Assembly: GCA_035517075.1 (NCBI GenBank)
Contig: DATIZN010000028.1
Coordinates: 1,758 to 65,757, forward strand
Direction: 5' to 3'
Source of the DNA: Gaiellaceae bacterium
Lineage (GTDB): Bacteria; Actinomycetota; Thermoleophilia; Gaiellales; Gaiellaceae
Length of the DNA: 64,000 nucleotides
Every line of letters begins with the position of its first letter. Within the stretch, counting starts at the first letter, position 1. The position numbers and the translations under genes are program-made. Shown piece by piece: positions 39,391 through 46,181 of the stretch. A model generated the notes under the pieces. It searched no databases and was not told where the DNA came from. It saw only the letters and a list, made by a program, of their open reading frames with translations.

Positions 39391-40326
39391 GTGGAGATCG
39401 AAGAGATCGACGCGCGCACCGCGTCAGACGGCGTGCTCGCGCGCTTCCATGACGTCGAGCTCGCCTGCCACGAGGAGCAGCGGCCCAGCGAGCCGCCGCG
39501 CGGGCGCGACGAGACGATCGCCTACTACCGGCACATGCCGGCGACGCACACGAGCTGCCACTGGCTCGCGGAGGGCGGCTGCGCCTCGCTCTACGTGCAC
39601 GGGCCGACGGCTGCGTTCGTCGAGCTGCACGTCGATCCCGCGCGGCGCCGGCAGGGGATCGGCACGGCGCTGCTGGAGCAGGTGACGGAGCGCTGTCGCG
39701 AGCTGCTCGTCGCGGCCCTGCGCGGGCGCTACACGACCGAAGCCGGAGCGGCCTTCGCGCGACGAGCCGGCGCGGTCGACGAGCAGCGGGTCGTCCGATC
39801 GGCGCTCGACCTGCGAGCCGCCGAGCTCCCCGAGCCCGTGCCGCCTCCCGGTTTCCGCCTCGTCACGTGGCTCGGCCGGGTGCCGGACGAGCACCTTGCA
39901 GCCTACGTTCGCGCGCGAGCCGCGATGGACGACGCGCCGGATCCGGAGGGAATGGACTACCCGACCTCGACGGCAGAGAGCGTTCGCGCATCCGAGGCGT
40001 CGCTGGGGCGCCGCGACCGTGAGATGCGGCTCACCGTCGCGATCGACGACGAGGGGGAGATCGGCGCGTTCACGGAGCTCCGCGTCACGCGCGGCTCGAC
40101 GCTCGGCTTCACCGACGACACGGGCACGGTCGCCGCGCACCGCGGCAAGGGGCTGGCGAAGGCGGTCAAGCGCGAGTCGCTGCGCCGGCTGCGGGACGAC
40201 CATCCCGAGATCGAGGTCGTCACCACCTCGAACGCGGAGGAGAACGCGGCGATGCGGCACGTCAACGCGGCGGTCGGCTTCCGCCCCACGGTGGTCGAGA
40301 CGGTGGCCGCTCTCCGCCTCAGATAG
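39391..40326 (+). CDS. two-domain GNAT N-acetyltransferase
   Basis: Two acetyl-CoA-binding-type motifs are present: HVDPARRRQGIGTALLE and VAAHRGKGLAKAVK. The GTG 39391 start is uncertain because its SD spacing is poor. Confidence 0.75.
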   Translation: MEIEEIDARTASDGVLARFHDVELACHEEQRPSEPPRGRDETIAYYRHMPATHTSCHWLAEGGCASLYVHGPTAAFVELHVDPARRRQGIGTALLEQVTERCRELLVAALRGRYTTEAGAAFARRAGAVDEQRVVRSALDLRAAELPEPVPPPGFRLVTWLGRVPDEHLAAYVRARAAMDDAPDPEGMDYPTSTAESVRASEASLGRRDREMRLTVAIDDEGEIGAFTELRVTRGSTLGFTDDTGTVAAHRGKGLAKAVKRESLRRLRDDHPEIEVVTTSNAEENAAMRHVNAAVGFRPTVVETVAALRLR

Positions 40327-40360
40327 ACCGGCCGCCTGGCGCCCGCGATACCCTTAGGCC

Positions 40361-41287
40361 GTGGCGCCACCCTCCCGCAGCGCTCGCGCGGCGGTCATGG
40401 CCTCGTCCGTCCAGCGCTCGAGACCTGCCCCGTATCCGTCGAAGGCGCGGAGCGCGTTCATCCGCCGGGTTGTCGTCGTCGTGCTCGTCCTCGCGGCGCT
40501 CACGCTGCTCACGATCTCCTTCCGCTCGCCGACCTCGGGTGTCCTCCACGACGCGCAGGGCGCGGCGAGCAGCGCGCTCCGCCCGTTCCAGATCGCGGGC
40601 GCGCGGATCGCGAAGCCGTTCCGCGACGCGTACGACTACGTCGACGGGCTGACCTCCGCGAAGGCGCAGCTCGCCCGGGAGAAGCGCGAGTACGCCGCGC
40701 TGCGTCAGGAGATCCTCGACAACAAGGCGGCCGCGAAGCAGCTTCCGGCGCTCGAGAAGCTCCTCCACTACGAGCGCGGCCGGAGATTCCCGAGTGGCTT
40801 CCGGGCGGTCAACGCCCAGGTGACCTCGTTCCCGAGCGGGCCGTTCACACACTCGCTCACGATCGCCGCCGGGTCGAGCGACGGCGTGCGCAAGAACTCG
40901 CCGGTCGTCTCGAGCGGCGGGCTCGTCGGGATCGTCACGGACGTCTTCCCCGACACCGCGAAGGTGAGCGTCCTGACCGACCCGGACAGCCGCATCGCCG
41001 CGCTCGACCTCACGACGGGCGTGAGCGGGATCGTCAGGCGCGGGCCCGGCGGGCAGCTGATCCTCGATCAGGTGCCGAAGCAGAAGGACGTGAAGGCCGG
41101 CGACGAGCTCGTCACCGCCGGAACCCGGAACCCGCGCTATCCCGACCTCTATCCGTACGGCATCGCCATCGGGCGCGTCTCCGGCAAGCCCGGCGTCAGC
41201 GACACCGCGTCGTTCCTCCAGGTGCAGGTGCAGCCGTTCGCCGACGTCGACTCGCTCGACGCCGTGGCCGTGCTCGTCCGCAAATGA
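40361..41287 (+). CDS. mreC: rod shape-determining protein MreC
   Basis: TM helix, coiled coil, then ...SPVVSSGGLVGIVTDVFPDTAKVSVLTDPDSRIAA...GDELVTAG...YPYGIAIGRV. The start is GTG 40361 or ATG 40397. Confidence 0.9.
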   Translation: MAPPSRSARAAVMASSVQRSRPAPYPSKARSAFIRRVVVVVLVLAALTLLTISFRSPTSGVLHDAQGAASSALRPFQIAGARIAKPFRDAYDYVDGLTSAKAQLAREKREYAALRQEILDNKAAAKQLPALEKLLHYERGRRFPSGFRAVNAQVTSFPSGPFTHSLTIAAGSSDGVRKNSPVVSSGGLVGIVTDVFPDTAKVSVLTDPDSRIAALDLTTGVSGIVRRGPGGQLILDQVPKQKDVKAGDELVTAGTRNPRYPDLYPYGIAIGRVSGKPGVSDTASFLQVQVQPFADVDSLDAVAVLVRK

Positions 41288-41808
41288 GCTTCTTCGACGG
41301 CGTCAAGGCCGCCGTCCTGCTCTTCGTGGCGGCGATCGCGCAGGTCTCGATCTTCTCGCAGCTGCACGTCTTCGGGGCCGCTCCGGACTTCCTGCTCGTG
41401 ACCCTCGTGGCGGTCGCCCTGCTGCGCGGCAGCATCGCCGGCGCCGTCGGCGGCTTCTATGCCGGGCTGCTCGTCGACACGGCCACGCTCGGCGCGCTGG
41501 GGCTCACGTCGCTCGTGCTCACGCTCTCGGGCTACTGGATCGGCCGCTACGGCGAGACGACGGGACGCGACCGCGCCCACGCGCCGTTCCTCTCCGTCGC
41601 GGTCGTCACGGTGCTCTACCAGTTCGGGCTCCTCGTCGTCCATTTCGTGCTCGGCGAGAACGCGCCGGCCGGTGCGGTCGCCCGCGCGCTCCTGCCGGCG
41701 ATCGTCCTCAACCTGATCCTCACCGGGCCGCTCTACGCGCTCGCGCGGCGCCTGCTGCGCCCGCTCGAGCGCGAGGCGCTGACCACCGAGGTGCAGCTCC
41801 TTGGCTAG
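41284..41808 (+). CDS. mreD: rod shape-determining protein MreD
   Basis: ATGA overlap with mreC. The protein is a polytopic 174-aa membrane protein, and its position between mreC and PBP2 supports the call. Confidence 0.85.
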   Translation: MSFFDGVKAAVLLFVAAIAQVSIFSQLHVFGAAPDFLLVTLVAVALLRGSIAGAVGGFYAGLLVDTATLGALGLTSLVLTLSGYWIGRYGETTGRDRAHAPFLSVAVVTVLYQFGLLVVHFVLGENAPAGAVARALLPAIVLNLILTGPLYALARRLLRPLEREALTTEVQLLG

Positions 41809-43825
41809 CACGACCGCGTCGCCGCGGCGTTCTCCTCGCTCGCCCGAGGACCGCGAGACGGTCGTCGAGCCCTACCGGCTGACCCCGAAGCTCGCCCGGC
41901 GAATCGGGCTCCTCGGCGCAGTCGCGCTCATCGGCTTCGCGGCGCTCTTCCTCCGCCTGTGGGCGCTGCAAGTGCTCTCGGGCTCGCAATACACCGCGAA
42001 GGCGCGGGCGAACCAGTTCCGGACGGTGCGGGTGCAGGCGCCGCGCGGGCCGATCCTCGACCGTAGCGGCCACGTGCTCGTGACGAACAAGCTCGTCACG
42101 TCCGTCGATCTGTGGTGGGCCGACCTGCCGAAGGTCTACTCGCGCCGCTACCACGAGCTCCACCAGCTCGCGCGTGTGACGCAGGTGCCGCTGTACGAGA
42201 TCGCGCGCCTGATCCGCCAGCGGCGGAACGCCGGCGACCTGTTCACGCCGATCGTCATCCGGAGCGAGGCGCCGACCGCGATGGCGACGTTCCTCGAGGA
42301 GCGAGCGGGAAGCTTCCCCGGCGTCGTCCTCGAGCCGAACTACGTCCGCCACTACCCGAACGGGGCTCTCGCTGCGCAGCTGCTCGGCTACGTCGGCGAG
42401 ATCTCGCAGTCGCAGCTGCGGCAGCTCGCCTCGCAGGGCTACGCAGCCGGGGACGAGATCGGGCAGTCGGGCGTCGAGGAGCAGTTCGACAACTATCTGC
42501 GCGGAGTCCCGGGCTCGGCTCGCGTCCGCGTCGACGCGCTCGGCCTGCCGCGTGGCGGCCGAACCCTCGTGACGCCGGCGCAGCCCGGAGCGGCGGTGCG
42601 GCTCACGATCAGCGTTCCGCTGCAGCGGGCCGCGGAGAAGGCGCTCCAGTACGGGATCCAGCAGGCGCACGACAACAGCCAGTGGGCCGCGAACGGCGGT
42701 GCCATCGTCGCGATGGACCCGCAGGACGGCTCGATCCTCGCGCTCGCCTCGGCGCCGACGTACGACCCGTCCGTGTACACCGGGCCCGTCAGCGAGAAGG
42801 CCCTCGACGCGCAGGGACTGACCGACAAGACCGCGCTCGACAAGAACTATCCCGCGCTCGACCGCGCGCTCGACGCGACCTATCCGCCGGGCTCGACGTT
42901 CAAGCCGCTCACCGCGATCGCCGCGCTCGAGGAGCACCTCATCAGCCCGACGGCGCTCTATCCCTGCACCGGCACGTACACGGCTCCGGAGGATCGCTCG
43001 CATCACGTCTTCCACAACTGGGACCCGAACGTCGACCAGGGGATGGACCTGCCGACCGCCCTCGCGTACTCCTGCGACACGTACTTCTACCGGGTGGGGA
43101 ACGACTTCTACGACCTGCCGGCCGACCGCGGCCAGCCGCTGCAGAAGTGGGCGCGCAGGTTCGGCTTCGGCCGTCTGACCGGCATCGACGTCGGACCGGA
43201 GGCGCCCGGCCTCGTCCCGACGATCGCCTGGAAGGAGCGGACGTACACACGGAAGAGCGACCCGAAGGAATGGCGGGTCGACCGGATCTGGAAGCCGGGC
43301 GACTCGATCACGCTCGCGATCGGGCAGGGCGACCTGCTCGTCACCCCGATCCAGATGACGCGCCTCTACGCCGCGATTGCGAACGGCGGCAAGCTCGTCA
43401 CCCCGCACGTCCTGCTCGACGTCCAGAACCCGAACGGGACGACGGTGCCCACGACCGCTCCGCCGGCTCCGAAGCCGATCCCCGGCCTGAACCCGGCGTA
43501 TCTGCGCGTCGTCCAGCAGGGGCTCTACGAGGGGACGCACATGTCGTTCGGCACGTCGTACGGCGTCTTCGGCAACTTTCCGATCGAGATCGCCGGCAAG
43601 ACCGGCACCGCGCAGAAGATCGTCCAGCTGCCGGGCCTCACGCACGAGGAGAGCCAGTCGTGGTGGTGCGGCTATGGTCCGGTCAACGACCCGTCGCTCG
43701 TCGTCTGCGCCGTGATCGAGAACGGCGGCGAGGGAGGATCGGCGGCCGCGCCGGCGGCGGCACGGGTCTTCGAGAACTACTTCCACGTCCACGTCCAGCA
43801 AGCAGGGATCATCCACTCCGACTGA
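41801..43825 (+). CDS. mrdA: penicillin-binding protein 2 (elongasome transpeptidase)
   Basis: TM anchor, ...PRGPILDRSGHVLV..., SxxK (GSTFKP) and KTG (GKTGTAQ) motifs. Confidence 0.93.
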   Translation: MASTTASPRRSPRSPEDRETVVEPYRLTPKLARRIGLLGAVALIGFAALFLRLWALQVLSGSQYTAKARANQFRTVRVQAPRGPILDRSGHVLVTNKLVTSVDLWWADLPKVYSRRYHELHQLARVTQVPLYEIARLIRQRRNAGDLFTPIVIRSEAPTAMATFLEERAGSFPGVVLEPNYVRHYPNGALAAQLLGYVGEISQSQLRQLASQGYAAGDEIGQSGVEEQFDNYLRGVPGSARVRVDALGLPRGGRTLVTPAQPGAAVRLTISVPLQRAAEKALQYGIQQAHDNSQWAANGGAIVAMDPQDGSILALASAPTYDPSVYTGPVSEKALDAQGLTDKTALDKNYPALDRALDATYPPGSTFKPLTAIAALEEHLISPTALYPCTGTYTAPEDRSHHVFHNWDPNVDQGMDLPTALAYSCDTYFYRVGNDFYDLPADRGQPLQKWARRFGFGRLTGIDVGPEAPGLVPTIAWKERTYTRKSDPKEWRVDRIWKPGDSITLAIGQGDLLVTPIQMTRLYAAIANGGKLVTPHVLLDVQNPNGTTVPTTAPPAPKPIPGLNPAYLRVVQQGLYEGTHMSFGTSYGVFGNFPIEIAGKTGTAQKIVQLPGLTHEESQSWWCGYGPVNDPSLVVCAVIENGGEGGSAAAPAAARVFENYFHVHVQQAGIIHSD

Positions 43826-43841
43826 TGGACAGCTTCGCCTG

Positions 43842-45038
43842 ATGCTCGAGTACGCCGGATCGCAACGGGCAGGGCTTCGCGCCGAGCGCGACGTCGTCGG
43901 GCTGCTCGCAGTCGTGCGCTCGCTCGACTGGATCCTGCTCGCGGCCGTCGCCGGGCTCGTCGCCGTCGGGCTCTGGGGCATCGCCGGCGTGACGAAGTTC
44001 GCCGTCGCGAACGATCCGACGTACTACCTCAACCGGCAGATCCTCTACGCCGCGGCCGGCGGCGTGCTCCTCGTCGTCGCCGCTCTCGTCGACCCGGACG
44101 TCTACCGGCGCTACTGGCGCGGGATCTTCGTCTTCACGGGCGGCCTCGTCGCGGTGGTCTTCCTGATCGGACACGCCGCGCACGGCTCGACCCGCTGGAT
44201 CAGCCTCGGCTTTTTCACCTTCCAGCCTTCCGAGTTCGGGAAGCTCCTCTTCGTCCTCGCGCTCGCCGGGCTGCTCGCCGAGCGCCAGCGCGCGCTCGGC
44301 TCCTGGGTGACGACGTTGCGCGTGCTCGGGCTGGGCTTCGTCCCGGCCCTGCTCGTGTTCATCCAGCCCGACCTCGGAACGGCGCTCGTCTATCTCGCCG
44401 CGCTCGGGGCGATGCTGTTCATCGCCGGCGCGCCGTGGCGTCATCTCGCCGTGCTCGGCGCGGCGACCGTGCTCGTCGTGGCCGTCGTCCTCTGGGCCGG
44501 CCCGGGCATGGGCATCAGCTTCCTGAAGGGCTACCAGCAGCAGCGGCTGACGTGCTTCACGCATCCGTCGACGTGTCCCGTCGACGCGCGCTACAACCTC
44601 GAGCAGTCGCTCGCGGCGATCGGCTCGGGCGAGATCCGCGGGCGCGGGCCGAACGGCTCGACGCAGGTGAACTTCGGCTTCCTGCCCGCGAGCCAGACGG
44701 ACTTCGTCTTCGCCGGCTTCGCCGAGCAGCGCGGCTTCGTCGGCGCTGCGCTCCTCCTCTGCCTCTACCTGCTCGTTCTCTGGCGAGGGCTTCGGGTGAT
44801 CACCGTCGCGCGAGATCTCTTCTCGGCGGTCGTCGCCGGGGGAATCGTCGTCGCGCTGCTCTTCCAGACGTTCGTCAACGTCGGCATGACGATGGGGCTC
44901 GCGCCGATCACGGGCATCCCGCTCCCGTTCGTCAGCGTCGGCGGCTCGTCGATCATCACGAACCTCGCTGCGATGGGCGTGCTGCTCGCCATCTACGCGC
45001 GCGGACGCGCCTCGCGCTACACGCGCCGGCGCGTCTGA
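43842..45038 (+). CDS. rodA: SEDS-family peptidoglycan glycosyltransferase RodA
   Basis: FtsW/RodA-type polytopic protein (...FQPSEFGKLLFVLALA...LPASQTDFVFAGFAEQRGFVGA...GLAPITGIPLPFVSVGGSS...) located directly after PBP2. Confidence 0.93.
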   Translation: MLEYAGSQRAGLRAERDVVGLLAVVRSLDWILLAAVAGLVAVGLWGIAGVTKFAVANDPTYYLNRQILYAAAGGVLLVVAALVDPDVYRRYWRGIFVFTGGLVAVVFLIGHAAHGSTRWISLGFFTFQPSEFGKLLFVLALAGLLAERQRALGSWVTTLRVLGLGFVPALLVFIQPDLGTALVYLAALGAMLFIAGAPWRHLAVLGAATVLVVAVVLWAGPGMGISFLKGYQQQRLTCFTHPSTCPVDARYNLEQSLAAIGSGEIRGRGPNGSTQVNFGFLPASQTDFVFAGFAEQRGFVGAALLLCLYLLVLWRGLRVITVARDLFSAVVAGGIVVALLFQTFVNVGMTMGLAPITGIPLPFVSVGGSSIITNLAAMGVLLAIYARGRASRYTRRRV

Positions 45039-45040
45039 CG

Positions 45041-45862
45041 ATGGACCTGCCGGTCTCGCCGGGCGCCGTCCGGGGGCTGCTGAAGGAGCTCGACGTCTCG
45101 CGGCGGAAGCACGCCGTGCTCGCCGTAGGCGGCGCCCGGGAGCTTGCCGCCGTGCTTCGCCGGGAGCTCGCGACCGGCGCCGTCGAGGGTGCCGTGCGCG
45201 CGGGCGACTCGCCGGAGGGGGCGGCGGTCCTCGTCTACGTCCTCGGCCGCGACCCGAGCGAGGAGGACGAGGCGGCGCTTCGCCGCGCGCGCCGGGCTCG
45301 GGTGCCGGTGGTCGCAGTCGCAGCCGGACCGGTCTCCGACGACGTCTCGATCCCGTACGTGCTCGCGACCGACATCGTGCGCGTCGGCGCGGGGGAGGGC
45401 TTTCGAGTCGAGGCGATCGCCGGCACGATCGCCGCGCGGCTCGGCGAGGACGCGGCGCCGCTCGCCGGGAGGATCCCGGCGCTGCGCGACGCCGTCTGCG
45501 AGCGCCTCGTCTCGTCGTTCTCCCGCAAGAACGGGGTGCTCGCCGCCGCGGTCTTCGTTCCCGGAGCGGATCTGCCGGTGCTCGCGCTGAACGAGCTCCG
45601 GCTCGTGCTCAGGCTCGCGCAGGCGTACGGCCGGGAGGGAGGACGCGAGCGGCTGCCCGAGCTCGCCGCGACGCTCGGCGCCGGCGTCGGGCTCCGCACC
45701 GTCGCGCGCGAGCTGCTGGATCTCGTTCCCTTCGCCGGCTGGCTCGTCAAGGGCGGCGTCGCCTATACGGGCACGCGGGCGCTCGGCGAGGCCGCGCGGC
45801 AGCGCTTCGAGCTCGCCGGGGCTACGCCGCGGCCGGCCGCAGGCGCGCCCGCCGTGCCTTGA
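45041..45862 (+). CDS. hypothetical protein, DUF697-like C-terminal region with a degenerate GTPase-like N-terminal region
   Basis: The ATG lies 2 nt after the rodA stop. The C-terminus (LPVLALNELRLVLRLAQAYGRE...LLDLVPFAGWLVKGGVAYTGTRALGEAARQRF) resembles DUF697 as I remember it. No P-loop is present. Confidence 0.6.
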   Translation: MDLPVSPGAVRGLLKELDVSRRKHAVLAVGGARELAAVLRRELATGAVEGAVRAGDSPEGAAVLVYVLGRDPSEEDEAALRRARRARVPVVAVAAGPVSDDVSIPYVLATDIVRVGAGEGFRVEAIAGTIAARLGEDAAPLAGRIPALRDAVCERLVSSFSRKNGVLAAAVFVPGADLPVLALNELRLVLRLAQAYGREGGRERLPELAATLGAGVGLRTVARELLDLVPFAGWLVKGGVAYTGTRALGEAARQRFELAGATPRPAAGAPAVP

Positions 45863-45983
45863 TCGCGCGCAGGCGCTGGGTGAGGCGAGCCCACGCCCAC
45901 GGCTCGATCTCCCGGTAGCGGGTCTCCGTCTGGCTCCGGGTCGCTTCGAGGTACTCGAACCAGGCGTCCGCCTCTTCGATCAT
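45822..45983 (-). CDS. possible small protein (53 aa)
   Basis: ATG 45983 lies 6 nt after GAGGAG. MIEEADAWFEYLEATRSQTETRYREIEPWAWARLTQRLRAIKARRARLRPAAA. GC3 is high. It overlaps the 3' end of the convergent gene by 41 nt. Confidence 0.4.
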   Translation of the reverse strand: MIEEADAWFEYLEATRSQTETRYREIEPWAWARLTQRLRAIKARRARLRPAAA

Positions 45984-46181
45984 GAGGAGCTCCTCGGCCT
46001 CGCGCTTGCCCGCCACCGCCACCTCCCGGTCGTGGATGCGCGGATCGTAGGACCAGCGCCGGACGGAGTGCCCGGGAGGCTCCCTGCTACCCTGGGGCTC
46101 AATGCTTTTCCCCGACAACAACGAGCGCGCGCGCACCCTCTCGTGGCGTGCCGGCGCGCGCTGCCATGAAGGAGCTTTTTC

